Shown one piece after another: positions 41,561 to 55,800 of a stretch of 64,000 bases of DNA (positions within the stretch are counted from its first letter, which is position 1; the number at the start of each line of letters is the position of its first letter). Source of the DNA: Eledone cirrhosa. Its lineage: Eukaryota. The DNA lies in NCBI GenBank assembly GCA_964016885.1, contig OZ024743.1:260586001-260650000 (forward strand). The letters run 5' to 3'. A model generated the notes under the pieces. The model searched no databases. It worked only from the letters and a program-made list of their open reading frames with translations, and had not been told where the DNA came from. A program made the position numbers and the translations under genes.

Positions 41561-44500
41561 CTTTGAGTCTCAATCGTTGATGTTAGTTAACTGGAAAGTT
41601 TGTTGAAATGAATATCAAGCCACTACCTGCAACCTCAGATATTCAGGACGTATCGGAGGGTTCTTGCTGTTCCCAGCAAGCATGCCTTTTGAAGCGTTCC
41701 AAAAAGCGTGAAGGGGCCAATTTTCTTTAACCATCCCTGGAAACTTTTTGAGATAGTACCTAGTGCGCCTAACAATCGGGACCACTTTGACTTCATGGCA
41801 GTTCCAAATCCTTTTTACCTCCCACTTTAAGTCCTGGTATCGGTTAATTTTCTCCCTCTCCTTCTCTTGCACTCTCGTGTCGAATGGGCAGGCCACATCC
41901 ACAATCAGGCACGATCTTTTTTCTTTGTCCACAACCACCAGGTCAGGTCTATTGTGTTCCAGTTTCTTGTCCGTCTGTATCCTAAAATCCCACAGCACCT
42001 TCACCTGATCGTTTTCTATCACCGACTCTGGCTTATGCTCATACCATTTCTCAGAATGTGGTAAATTGTTTACTTTGCATAGGTGCCAGTGGATCACCCT
42101 GCCCATCACATCATGTCTCCAGCCCTTATAGTGAGTCTGGGCTAGGTGTTTACACTCGGATACAATGTGAGCCACAGTCTCCTCTATCTCGCCACAGATC
42201 CTGCACAGTGGGCTAGCCTCCTCATTGTAAATATGGTGTTTCAACCACTTCGTTTTGAGGGCCTGCTCTTGCGCAGCCATTAACATTCCTTCTGTAGCCT
42301 TTTTAAGGTCTCCTCTTTTCAACCAGTTCCATGTCTGTGGATCTCTGAATTCAGTTTTCTCAAAGAAGGTACTATGAAGGGATTTTTCCTGAAGGCTGCT
42401 CTTTCTCCTTGATGTTATTTCCTCCTTGGACATCCCCTGGTCTATTGTCCTCTCCTTCAATATAGTTCTGACCATTGGCTCCTTACTATCAGTCACGTAT
42501 TTGTGTAGGTTGTTTTTCTCCATCTGAACATAGTCCTCTATGCTGATAAGACCTCTTCCACCTTCAGATCTCCTTAAGTAGAGTCTATCGACATCACTCC
42601 TCTTGTGGAACATGTAGATAGTCTTTAGCTTCCTAGACTTCCTATCCATTTCTTTTTGTTCAGCAACATTCCATCTCAGAATTCCCGCACTGTACCTAAT
42701 AATAGACACAGCTCGGGAATTTACTGCACTTATGGCATTCCTACTGTTCAGATGTGACTTTAATACGCTCCTTACTCTCCGAAGGTATTCAGTTCTTATC
42801 AATTCCTTCATTTTTTTGTTCTTGATGTCATCAGCCTCCAGAACACCCAAATACTTGTATCCTTCTTCAGTGTCAATTTCCTTTATCATCTCACCTGTTG
42901 GTACCTGGATTCCGTTACTCCTGCTCAATTTACCCCTCTTCATCACAAGGATTCCACACTTACTAATACCAAATTGCATACATATATCATTGCTGAAAAT
43001 ACGGACAGTGTCAACAAGCACATCCAACTCCTTCTCACTCTTCCCGAAGAGCTTAAGATCGTCCATGAAGAGAAGGTTACTGATGGTAAGCCCTCCCTTT
43101 CCCAACCTGTATCCTGCTCTCACTTTTCGCAGTACACTGGTCAGGGGTATCAGGGCAAGGACAAACAACAGAGGGGACAGACTATCTCCCTGGAAGATAC
43201 CTCTCTTGATCTTCACGATTCCCAAGGATTCTCCAGCCCATGTTAACTCTGTTTCCCAGGACTTCATACTTTTGCCCAACAACTGTCTGATGTTATCTGC
43301 CACCTTGAAGATCTCTAGGCTTTTGGTGATCCAAGAATGAGGCACCATGTCAAATGCCTTTTTTTAGTCTATCCATCCTATGGCAAGACCAGTGTATCTC
43401 CTCTTGCAATTCCTCATTACCATCTTATCAATAAGTAACTGGTCCTTTGTACCACGGGACTTCTTTCGGCATCCTTTCTGTTCGTCCGGTAACAAGTTGT
43501 TTGTGTGAAGGTGATGGTAGATTTCCTCAGACATAATGCTTGTCAACAGTTTCCACATTACGGACAGACATGTGATAGGTCTATAGTTGGTAACATCATT
43601 ACCCTTGATTCGGTCTTTCATTATCAGAACTGTGGTACCTTTTGTCAACCACTGTGGTACCTCACCTGACATCAAGCAGTCATTGAACATGGTTGTCAGT
43701 TTCGGGTGGAGGGATGTTATATTTTTAAACCAATACCCCTGCACACCATCTGGGCCTGGTGATTTCCAGTTGGTTAGTTTTTTGGCCTGCCCCTTAAGAG
43801 TTTCAACTGTGATACTCAAATCAGTTTGTTGGTGTGCCTGTTCACTAATCTCCTTCTGTACTGTCTCAATCCACACTGCCTGGTCATTATGTTTAACATC
43901 CTGCCCCCATATTCCTCTCCAGAATGTTTTAGTTTGTTCCGCCTCAGGGATCAAGTCGTTCCCTTTATCTTTCCCTTGAAGCTGTCCAAACAGCATCTTC
44001 TGGTTGTTGTCAAACATGCGGTTCTGTCTATACTGACTGACTGTTCTCGTATCGCCTGATTTTTGCACTCTTTGCTACAATGCGTTGTTTCATTTCCTCT
44101 ATGATAATATTTAGCTTTTTCCTCCTAGTTTTGTACTTTATTTCCAATTTATTTTTAGTATCTATGTTTTTTAGTGTCCCATTCAGTAGGGACTCAAGCT
44201 TTCCAATGTCATTTCTCATTTCCCTGATTTGACCACTCAGTCGTTTCTTCCACCAAGGCTCTGATCTTTCTTTTTTGTTGTTTCCTCTCGCTTTTATACG
44301 AAGTAATTTCCTCACCGTATTTGCTGTTGCTTTGAGGATATTGTTGTACTGGTGAAGGCTCCTCGCCTCAAGGTATGGGATGACTTTGTTTACCTTAGCT
44401 GCTGTTTCTTTTAACTTTTTCCTGTCTACAAATCTTAGGTTCATAGGTTTCCCACTATCATTGTTCAATTCATCTACCACTAAGTTTAGGATATCAACCA

Positions 44501-45100
44501 AATCTTGTTCTAGCCCATCAGCATTCATCTCCTCAGTGGCCGTATCTCTGTTCCAGATATTATTTATTTCAGCATTCAGATCATTGTCTGCTTCGGATGG
44601 TTCCTCCGTTCTCTCGACCTCTTCACCTTCATTTCCCACTGGCTCGTTTGCCTGGCATACTCCACTCTCCTTTTCAAAGCTAATCTCTCTGCTCAGTTCC
44701 TCCAGTTCCAGCTCGCTTATCCACCCATTAGTTCTTATTACCCGAGCCTGCCCGGCCAATTTTTGTTCATCTAATTTAAATAGACCAATCTCGTTCCAGA
44801 TGTTATGCATCCGTTTCCTATAGCCTTTCTCCTTGGGATTACTCTTCAGGTAACATTGCATAACAGTTCTATTCAATTCTTTCGTCCAGTTGGTTCTGGT
44901 CCCTTTCCTTCTTCTTCTTCCTCCGACACCAGCAGTATTTGGTTAACAGCCAGGTCCCTGCTGCTGAGCCAGGGAGCACCTGTTGGGTGAGAGTATGTCA
45001 CATGACATTCTAGACTCCACTTCACCGTTATTCGAACTGTCTAGGTTCGACATTTAAACACTCTTATCGAGGATTGGCGAATGTATGGTTACATAACCAC
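41561..45100 (-). mobile_element. Near full-length R4/Dong-like non-LTR retrotransposon (RT + restriction-like endonuclease), frameshifted
   Basis: KSPGPDG, NYRPIT, GIFQGDSLSP, LFMDD, CRICG...HIVSEC, RPDLVVVD...DVACP. The 3' end abuts (TAA)n. Confidence 0.92.
41635..45053 (-). pseudogene. R4/Dong-like polyprotein (pieces 44028-44876, 43364-44068, 41615-43348)
   Basis: Collinear ORF fragments separated by frameshifts. Confidence 0.88.
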
Positions 45101-45439
45101 CGGTGATTTCATTCCCTCCGGTGATTTCGTCACTCCCGGTGATTTTTGTGTGGCATTATCACGCTGTAGACGAACATAAATAAACAAACAAACAAACAGT
45201 CAAAAAAAAAAAATGAATAAGCATAAGTTTCATTGTAATGTAATGTTTGTGTCTGACTTAGTTTTTCCCTTCCCTTCTCTGTCCGTCTGTTTGTTCTTCT
45301 CTTCATTTTTCTTTTCTTTACGTTTTTCGTTGTTGCTGTGCTGCTTTGATTTTGATTTTGGTTTTTTGATTTTGACCGGGTCATCAATTCAGTCTATTTA
45401 TATATTTTGATGCCTTCCTCTTTTAGTGGGGACACTACG

Positions 45440-45970
45440 ATGTAGCAGGAGGTAGTGGGAGAGAATAGCGGCGGTAGTGATAATGAGGCATTGGTGGTGG
45501 TGGTGGTGGTGGTGGTGGTGGTGGTGGTGCTGTGCTAGTAGTACCTAGCAGGAGGTAGTGGGAGAGAATAGCAGCGGTAGCGATAATGAGGCAGTGGTAG
45601 TGGTGATGTGATCGTAGTACTGTAGTGATGGTGGTGAAGTTGAAGTAGAAATAGAGGTTGAGGCAACTTGACCAGAGTTTTTGGCGTGGTAGTGGTGGTG
45701 GTGTTGGTGGTGAAATTATCTTTAGCTATTTAGCTATTTAGTCATTTTGCCATTTTCCTCCTTTTCGACTCCAACATTCCTGATCCAAAATTAAATATTA
45801 ATATTGTTTATTAATATTGTCTAGTGGTACCGCCACCCTCCCCCTTAGTAAGTTAACAGAAGGTAATGGGAGAATAGCGGTGGTAGCAATGAAGGAGTGG
45901 TGGCGTCGGTGATGGGATAGTGGTAGCAATGATGGATGGAGTTGTGGCGGCGGTGACTATAGTGATGGCG
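45440..45970. repeat. (GGT)n-rich low-complexity region with a ~47-bp direct repeat
   Basis: AGCAGGAGGTAGTGGGAGAGAATAGC at ~45444 and ~45547. Confidence 0.7.
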
Positions 45971-46525
45971 TTGTCGTTACTGAGTTTTGTTGAATAGACT
46001 GTAGTTTGTTTGGTCGGTGAATCTATGCGGTTAGTCGCGTATGTTTAATATATGTGTTGACATATTTTCTTAATATTGGAATTAAACATTTTGTGAAAAC
46101 TCGAGACAATAATAATAGTAATTATAATTATTATGCTGGGATTGGTGGTGGTGGTGGTGAAATTGCCGTTATCTGGCTGTTGTATTTAGTGTACACAGAG
46201 GAGTGATGGGGTAGGTGGTGTATCTAGTTTGTGGTGTTGGTGAAATTGCTGTTATTTGGCTGTTGTATATAGTGTAGACAGAGGGGGATTTCTTCCATTT
46301 ATAACCATTTTCTTTTTTGAATATAAAATGTATAATACAAAATTGAATATTTGAGCGATATAACAATATATTATGGATCCGAATGTTTCTGAGACTTGAC
46401 TCTGGTGCTTTATGTATCATTTGTTCTAAGAATTGTTATTTCACAATTGATTTAAATATGTTAAAAATCAAAAACTTACGGGAGCGATTTCATGACCTTC
46501 TATCCACCACGTGTGTCTTCTTCCC

Positions 46526-46601
<76 letters not shown>

Positions 46602-46622
46602 GTTGTTCTTCTTCTTCTTCTT

Positions 46623-47393
46623 CTTTGAGTCTCAGTCATTGATGTTAGTTAACTGGAAAGTTTGTTGAAATGAATATAAGCCACTACCTGCAGCCTCAGA
46701 TATTCAGGACGTATTGGAGGATTCTTGCTGTTCCCAGCAAGCATGCCTTTTGAAGCGTTCCAAAAAGCGTGAAGGGGCCAATTTTCTTTAACCATTCCTG
46801 GAAACCTTTTGAGATAGTACCTAGTGCGCCTATGACAATCGGGACCACTTTGACTTCATGGCAGTTCCAAATCCTTTTTACCTCCCACTTTAAGTCCTGG
46901 TATCGGTTAATTTTCTCCCTCTCTTTCTCTTGCACTCTCGTGTCGAATGGACAGGCCACATCCACAATCAGGCACGATCTTTTTTCCTTATCCAAAACCA
47001 CCAGGTCAGGTCTATTGTGTTCTAGTTTCTTGTTCGTCTGTATCCTAAAATCCCACAGCACCTTCACCTGATCGTTTTCTATCACCGACTCTGGCTTATG
47101 CTCATACCACTTCTCAGAATGTGGTAAATTGTTTACTTTGTATAGGTGCCAGTGGATCACCCTGCCCATCACATCATGTATCTAACCTTTATAATGAGTC
47201 TGGGCTAGGTGTTTACACTCGGAAACAATGTGAGCCACAGTCTCCTCTATCTCTCCACAGATCCTGCACGGTGGGCTAGGCTCCTTCTTGTAAATATGGT
47301 GTTTCAACCACTTCGTTTTGAGGGCCTGCTCTTGCGCAGCCATTAGCATTCTTTCTGTAGCCTTTTTAAGGTCTCCTCTTTTCAAGCAGTTCC
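46623..47393 (-). mobile_element. R4/Dong-like 3' fragment (zinc finger + RLE)
   Basis: ORFs 47182-47385 and 46696-47172, with (TAA)n on both sides. Confidence 0.9.
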
Positions 47394-47409
47394 ATTATTA
47401 TTATTATTA

Positions 47410-47459
<50 letters not shown>

Positions 47460-47470
47460 GTTATTGTTAT

Positions 47471-50400
47471 TCCTTGAATCTCAGTCATTGATGTTGGTTA
47501 ACTGGAAAGTCCGTTGGATTGAATATCAAGCCACTACCTGCAGCCTCAGATATTCAGGACGTATCGGAGGGTTCTTGCCGTTCCAAGCAAGCATGCCTTT
47601 TGAAGCGTTCCAAAAAGCGTGAAGGGGCCGATTTTCTTTAACCATCCCTGGAAACCTTTGGAGATAGTCCCCAGTGCGCCTATGACAATCGGGATCACTT
47701 TGACTTCATGGCAGTTCCAAATCCTTTTCACCTCCCACTTTAGGTCCTGGTATCGGTTAATTTTCTCCCTCTCCTTCTCTTGCACTCTCGTGTCGAACGG
47801 GCAGGCCACATCCACAATCAGGCACGATCTTTTTTCTTTGTCCACAACCACCAGGTCAGGTCTATTGTGTTCCAGTTTTTTGTCCGTCTGTATCCTAAAA
47901 TCCCACAGCACCTTCACCTGACTGTTCTCCATCACCGCCTCTGGCCTATGCTCATACCATTTCTCAGAATGTGGTAGATTGTTTACTTTGCACAGGTGTC
48001 AGTGGATCACCCTGCCCATCACATCGTGTCTCCAGCCCTTATAGTGGGTCTGGGCTAGGTGTTTACACTCGGACACAATGTGAGCCACAGTCTCCTCTCT
48101 CTCTCCACAGATCCTGCACAGTGGGCTAGCCTCCTCCTTGTAGATATGGTGCTTCAACCACTTCGTTTTGAGGGCCTGCTCCTGCGCAGCCATTAGCATT
48201 CCTTCTGTAGCCTTTTTGAGGTCTCCTCTTCTCAACCAGTTCCATGTCTGTGGATCTCTAAATTCAGTTTTCTCAAAGAAGGTACTATGAAGGGATTTTC
48301 CCTTAAGGCTGCTCTTCCTCCTTGATGTTATTTCCTCCTTGGGTATCCCCTGGCCTACTGTCCCCTCCTTCAGTACAGCTCTGAGCATTGGCTCCTTACT
48401 ATAGGTCACGTATTTGTATAGGTTGTTTTTCTCCATCTGAACACAGTCCTCTATGCTGATAAGACCTCTTCCACCCTCAGATCTCCTTAGGTAGAGTCTA
48501 TCGACATCACTCCTCTTGTGGAACATGTTGTAGATAGTCAATAGCTTCCTAGTCTTCCTATCCATTTCTTTTTGTTCAGCAACATTCCATCTCAGAATTC
48601 CCGCACTGTACCTAATAATAGACACAGCTCGGGAATTTACTGCGCTTATGGCATTTCTGCTGTTCAGATGTGACTTCAATACGCTCCTTACTCTCCGAAT
48701 GTATTCAGTTCTTAACAATTCCTTCATTTTTTTGTTCTTTATGCCATCAGCCTCCAGAACGCCCAAATACTTGTATCCTTCCTCAGAGTCAATTTCCTTT
48801 ATCATCTCACCTGTTGGTATCTGGATCCCGTTACTTCTGCTCAACCTACCCCTCCTCATCACAATGACTCCACATTTACCAATACCAAATTGCATACATA
48901 TATCACTGCTGAAAATACGGACAGTGTCAACAAGCACATCCAACTCCTTCTCACTTTTCGCGAAGAGCTTAAGATCGTCCATGAAGAGGAGGTGATTGAT
49001 GGTAAGCTCTCCCCTTCCCAACTTGTATCCAGCTCTCACTTTTCGCAGCATAATGGTCAAGGGCATCAGGGCAAGGACAAACAACAGAGGGGACAGGCTA
49101 TCTCCCTGGAAGATACCTCTCTTGATCTTCACGCTTCCCAAGGATACTCCAGTTGATGTCAACTCTGTCTCCCAGGACCCCATACTCCTGCCCAGCAACT
49201 GTCTGATGTTATCTGCCACCCTGAAGTTCTCCAGGCTTTTGGTGATCCAGGAATGAGGCACCATGTCAAATGCCTTTCTGTAGTCTATCCATCCCATGGC
49301 AAGATCAGTGTGTCTCCTCCTGCAATTCCCCATTACCATCTTATCAATAAGCAACTGGTCCTTTGTACCACGTGACTTCTTTCGGCATCCTTTCTGTTCG
49401 TCCGGCAACAAGTTGTTTGTGTGGAGGTGATGGTAGATTTCCTCAGACACAATGCTCGTCAACAGTTTCCACATTACGGGCAGACATGTGATAGGTCTAT
49501 AGTTGGTAACATCATTACCCTTGATTCGGTCTTTCATTATCAGAACTGTGGTACCTTTTGTCAACCACTCTGGCACCTCCCCCGACAACAAGCAGTCATT
49601 GAACATGGCCGTCAGCTTCGGGTGGAGGGATGTTAAATGTTTAATCCAATACCCCTGCGCACCATCTGGGCCTGGTGATTTCCAGTTGGTTAGTTTTTTG
49701 GCTTGCCCTTAAGAGTTTCAACTGTGATACTCAAATCAGTCTGTTGCTGTGCCTGCTCACCGATCTCCCTCTGTACTGTCTCAATCCACCCTGCCTGGGC
49801 ATTGTGTCTAACATCCTGCTCCCATATTCCTCTCCAGAATGTTTTAGCTTGTTCCGCCCCAGGGATCAAGTCGTTGCCTCTTTCTTTCCCCTCAAGCTGT
49901 CCAAACAGCATCTTCTGGTTGTTGTCGAACATGCGGTTCTGTTTATACTGACTGACTCTGTTCTCGTATCGCCTGATTTTGGCACTCTTTGCTACAATGC
50001 GTTGCTTCAATTCCTCTATGATAATATTTAGCTTTTTACTCCTAGTTTTGTATTTTATTTCCAGTCTATTTTTAGTGCCTATGTTTTTTAGTGTCCCATT
50101 CAGTAGTGACTCAAGCTTTCCTATGTCATTTCTCATTTCCCCGATTTGCCCACTCAGTCGCTTCTTCCACCACGGCTCTGCTCTTTCTTGTCTGTTGTTT
50201 CCTCTCGCTTTTATACCAAGTAGTTTCCTCACCGTATTTGCTGTTGCTTTGAGGATATTGTTGCACTGGTGAAGACTCCTCGCCTCAAGGTATGGGATGA
50301 CTTTGTTTACCTTAGCTGTTGTTTCTTTTAACTTTTTCCTGTCTACAAATCTTAGGTTCATAGGTCTCCCACTATCATTGTTCAACTCATCTACCACTAA

Positions 50401-50600
50401 ATTTAGGATGTCAACCGAATCTTGTCCTAGCCCGTCAGCATTCATCTCCTCAGTGGCCGTATCTCTGTTCCAGGTATTATTTATCTCAGTATTCAGATCA
50501 TTGTCTGCTTCGGGTGGTTCCTCCGTTCTCAGGACCTCCTCACCTTCATTTCCCGCCGGCTCGCTTGTCTGGCATACTACACCCGCCATCTCCAAGCCAT
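47471..50600 (-). mobile_element. 5'-truncated R4/Dong-like element
   Basis: ORFs 49690-50595, 47999-49606 (RT, WIDYRKAFD, LFMDD) and 47546-47935 (RLE), with (TAA)n on both sides. Confidence 0.92.
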
Positions 50601-50602
50601 TC

Positions 50603-50685
<83 letters not shown>

Positions 50686-50845
50686 GTTGTTGTTTCACAT
50701 TGCCATTTATGGGAAATTATTGTTGTTAAGTGTTTATAAGGTCACATAATTTGCTTTCGGAAAAGGACACTCAAAAAGATTGGGGCCTTGAGCCCAAAAT
50801 TTAAACTTTTATAATTATCAAACAAAAAATGTCTTTGAAAAAATC

Positions 50846-52342
50846 ATGGACGACTCACAGCTACACCAAGCAGCTGAGAGCCTTCCTCACAAACTAAGAC
50901 CTCACACCGACACCACCATTGTAAATATTACTACGTTTGCCAACACTAAAAATATAAGCAGTAGCAATAATTTAAATTTGTCTCATGCAGAGATTCATTT
51001 CCCGCCATTACCAATGACTGCAGGTGTTGAAGCCGCCACCCCCACCACCACTACAGCGACAACAGAAACAAAAGAAACAAATAAATTATCTCGTGACATC
51101 GAAATGGATTCACCCAGAATCGACTCTTCCACACTGAACACCACTGACGCCACCACCACCACAACTAAAACTAAAACTAACAATAACAAAAATAACAATA
51201 ACAACAACAGCAACAACAACTATGAGAATAACAACACCGTATCGTTTACCAAAGCAGCCAAAAAAATGCGAAACAATCCAGGTAACTCAGGAGGAATAAG
51301 ATGAAACCAAGAGAATGGTGAAGAAAGATGGGTAGAGGGTCAGCCTCCTCCCCCCCCCACACACACACCTAATAAAATGGAGTATCGGCCCTTATGCACC
51401 GTGTCTTATCGGACGATTAACATAAAATCGCGCCGAGTGGAACGGGCATCCGAGTCCCAAATCCAAAAAGCTTTGGGACATGTGTGGGCAAAACAAACCC
51501 ACATCAGACGGGGGCAGAAATATGGAACCGTGAACGTGTTCTTTGGAACACCACAGGAGGCCAGAGAGCACTCCATGGCCCCATTAAGAAGCGTCGACTT
51601 CACACTCGTCCCAAGCTATCGTGGCCAGAGACTCGTAAAGATCAGGGTGACCCATGTTCCACCGGCCATCGAAATTCCCTGGCTAATAGCTGCCGGCCTC
51701 GCGGGCATCGAGGCCAACACCAAAATAATAGAAATAGCAAAAGAAAAGCAGGAGAACTGGTCCGGATCTGGGATGGAGCTCCTGATCCAAGCGGTCCAAA
51801 AAAGCATTGAGGAGATCCCAGAGGTAATAGACCTCACTGACGGCAGCCACCTCACCGTAATTGTCGAGGGTAGAAAGCCTAGGTGTGTCGTTTGTGGTGA
51901 AGGAACCCACCTAAGGGCTTTCTGCCCTCAGGCTAAAAAGTTGAGGCCACCTCTTTTACCCACCCCAGTGACTCAACCATCAACACCACCAGCAGCAGAA
52001 ATGCCAGCAGCAGAAATGGCAGCAACAACTGTAGCAGCAACAACAGAAGCAACTGTAGCAGCAACAACCCCAGCAACAGTAGCAAAACCAACACCACCAC
52101 CACCCAACGCGCCAGAACTAGCACCAGCGCCTACCCCATCTACTACACCACAACCAAAACCAACGCCTGTGGAGGATTTTCCACTCCCCGACCTATCGCA
52201 ACTGGAGACAGATTGTGACGACGAGGAATGGGAAACGGTATCAGGAAAAAAGAAAAAAAAGAAAAAAAAGAAAAAGAAGCCAAAAAAGAAAATATCCTCT
52301 TCCTTCCACCTCCAAAAACAAAATACAGAGGGAAACAAATAA
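50846..52342 (+). pseudogene. Tx1-like ORF1 (gag-like, CVVCGEGTHLRAFC knuckle, Pro-rich tail)
   Basis: Split ORFs 50846-51304 and 51377-52342. Confidence 0.75.
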
Positions 52343-52867
52343 ACTATCAAACAAAAAGGTTAGGACAGCTATGCCACCATCCACACCAGTATCACCAACC
52401 CCATCACCACAAACACCAACACGATCACCATCATTAACGCCAACACCACAATCACCAACACCACAAAGGTCACCAAAACGCGAAACAGAAACAAACCCAC
52501 AACAAACGCAAACAAAACAAAACAACCAAAACGATACACACTACACAGCATTAAATTTGAACAACCAATTATTACACTACATGCAACATAACACCAACAT
52601 CACAGAAAAAGACTACACAACAACCCAAAAGTTCACACCACCTCCACACATACAAATCACTCGCATCACACAGAAAATGTACACGACACTAAAACAATAA
52701 TTCCCCAAAGACATCGGAGACTTCCGACAAACACTCTCCAGGAGGATTTATAAGGACATCCTTCCAGAGGAGGTCACAAGCAGTGAAAAGGATGGATGGA
52801 CAAACCTTCCTTCCTCTACGAGAAGTAAGGTAAGTGGTCTTTCCCATCTTTTCCACTCCATTTCAAC

Positions 52868-55800
52868 ATGACCTCACTCAGAATAGGCAGCATAAATACG
52901 CGTGGCTTGGGGTCGTCATGGAAGCAGGGCCACCTGCTCAACGACCTCAGGTCACTAAACATAGATGTAGTGGCCATCAGCGAGACCAGAATCTCCGAAG
53001 CACGGGCCTTCGCACCAACCTTCGGCGGCTACGATGTGTACACATCTCCCAGCCGTCCGGGATCGGGGGGGGGGAGTTGGTGTGCTTTTTCGGAGAGGTT
53101 TGGATCTCGCCATACGGGCCATCTTCCTGGACCCTGAAGGTAAGTTGGTGGTGATGGACGTAACCAGAGAAGACAGGCAAGCTTTCAGGCTAGTGGCCGT
53201 CTATGCCCAGACAGGAGCAGAGCGGCCTGATTTCTTCCTGCGTCTGGAGACCTTTCTTGGAACGTCCCGCTGTTAGTGGGCGACTGGAACGGGATCTTAG
53301 ATGCACGCTGGGACTGTGTGGGATTAGCGGATAGGGGAGGAGGGTGCAAGATCCTCACCAACCTGCTCAGGTGTTTTGAACTGTCTGACAGGTACCGATT
53401 GGATTTCCCGAATGTGCCAATGTGGACTTGGACAAACAGCATCGGGTCATCCAGATCATATCTAGATAGAGTATTTTGTAGGGAAATAGATAGGTCTAGC
53501 ATAGGCTGTCCACAATTCAAGATAGTCAGCTACACGGACCACAAATTCGTGATATGTATTTTTTCTAGTCGATCGACTTTCGTCAAATCGGACCGAGGAA
53601 ACTATGTTTCCGTTGGTCTTTCCAATTGCTAATACTATCTATCGGTCGCAACTCCAGGTAGAAGGAGCAACGTGAAATAAAGTGTCTTGCTCAAGGACAT
53701 AACGCATCGCCTGGTTCAGGAATCGAACTCACAACCTCACGATTGTGAATCCAATACTCTAACCACTCAGCCACACGCCTTCACTGATATGTGTGCTTCA
53801 CGCCTTCGTGATATGTGTGCTTGAATTAAATAGGCTTCATAGACAAGGACTCGGCTTGTGGAAGCTAAACGCGTCCTTACTAGCGCGCAAGGCCTACAGA
53901 GACAGGATTAGCGAAGTAGTTAAGCGGGCGTTGACGGGGGCCATCGTCAACAAGTGGTGGTTTGCTCTGAAAAGAGCGATTAGAATAGAGTCCATTAGGT
54001 TTAGTAAGGCTTTAGCTATAGAGAAAAATAGAGCAGAGGGAGAACTAGTTAGAAAATTAGACGAAGCGCTTAGCAAAGGCATCGCGACCGACGTACTTGC
54101 GGCGAAATTGGCCCTTGACCAATTCTTCAATGCAAAGCACGAAGGCTGTGTTGTCAGAGCTAGGGTGTGTGCTCTCAGGCACGAGGGTATGAAAGCCGTT
54201 CAATGGGCCCGAGTGGCGGAGGCGCGTCGTGGCAACAAAGCCACGATCCGGTCTTTGGTGAACCACGACGGGTGCATGCTACTCGATCCCGGGCAAATTT
54301 GTGAAGCTTTTCAGCGACACTTCGCTCAGCTATTCGGGGGTAGCGGCGGGCCGGATCGAGGGATGGACTTTAGTGTCTACCTCGACGGACTGCCGCCGCT
54401 CTCGACCACTGAGGCGGAGTGTTGCGAAAAGCCGATAACAGCCGCTGAAGTACGGGAGGCAATGACTGGCTGCACAAGGGGTAAATCGCCTGGTTTGGAT
54501 GGTCTGCTCTATGAACTTTGCGTACAGATGCCAGACTTGTTCGGAGGTCTCTTGGCGGACGTCTACTGCAACTGGCAACAGAACAGGAGAATTCCCAGCT
54601 CTGTGAGCCGAGGAGCGGTGGCGCTGCTGAGAAAGGATCCAAACAAGGGGGATAACATAGATAATTTCAGTCCCATAACTCTGCTAAACACAGAGTTCAA
54701 GATTTTGGCCAAGGTGCTAGCAAAGAGGTTGGCGCTTGTCGTTGGTGGTCTGGTGGGAGAGGCACAGACATGCGCCATTCCCGACAGATCCATCCACGAC
54801 AACCTCCACCTCATGCGATACATCGTAGAGAGGGTAGCTAGGGAACCTAGCACGGGTGGGTCCTTGATCAATTTAGATCAGTCGAAAGCTTTCGATAGGG
54901 TCGACCATCGTTACCTAGCGGCAGTCCTGAGGGCTGCTGGCTTTGGGCCCGTCTTCAGAGGCTGGATCGCTGCCATGCACAGCGATATCTGCTCTGTGGT
55001 GAGAGTGAACGGTCACCTTTCGGAACCGTTCAACATCATGCGCTCGGTCCGCCTCTCGTCCCTCTTGTACGTATTGACTCTCGAGCCATTACTGCACAAA
55101 CTGGAGACGTTGAGGGGGGGTCCCGCGCAAACTAGGATGCGGAAGATCCGTGTCAGCATATGCGGACGATGTCACCGTAGTGGTGTCGAACGCCAAACTC
55201 ATCGAGGCGATCGGCACTACACTAAGAGAATAAAAATCGGTGACAGGAGCAATGATCAACCAGGAAAAGTCAGTGGCCCTGCAGCTCGGCACCTGGAGAG
55301 GCAGCTCCATGCCGTCCAACAGCGTCGTCGGGCGCTGGACGGACGGACGGACCGATTAAATTGCTAGGGGTCTGGTTCGTTCCGGACCTCCAGACGGACA
55401 AAAACTGGGACGAGGTGAGGAGCAGGGTGGCTTCTCTCACCCAGAAATGGGCGCAGAGGAAGCTATCCCTGAAAGGTCGAGCGGAGGTGGCTAACGCGTA
55501 CATCCATCGCGTCCGTCACCTACTACCGGCTGCCGTCGTACCTTGTCCTAAGCCCCGCCTGAATGCGCTGGAGCGTTTGCTCTCTCGCTTTTTGTGGAAG
55601 GGACGCGCTCCGATGGTCAGGCGGTCCATCTGCTGTCAACACCCGCTACGTGGAGGGCTGGGCATGCCGGAGCTGATGATATGCAGACACGCGCTCAGGC
55701 TACGACGTCTCCACCTCTTCCTCGACGGTGATCAGGTGTGGTTGCCGTTTGCTAGACGCGTCTTTCCCCAGCTCGTCTCCTTGACGGAGCCGCAGTCCTG

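Noticed and set aside
41763-50749. Plus-strand ORFs over the Dong-like elements
   Set aside because: Antisense shadows of the retrotransposon reading frame.
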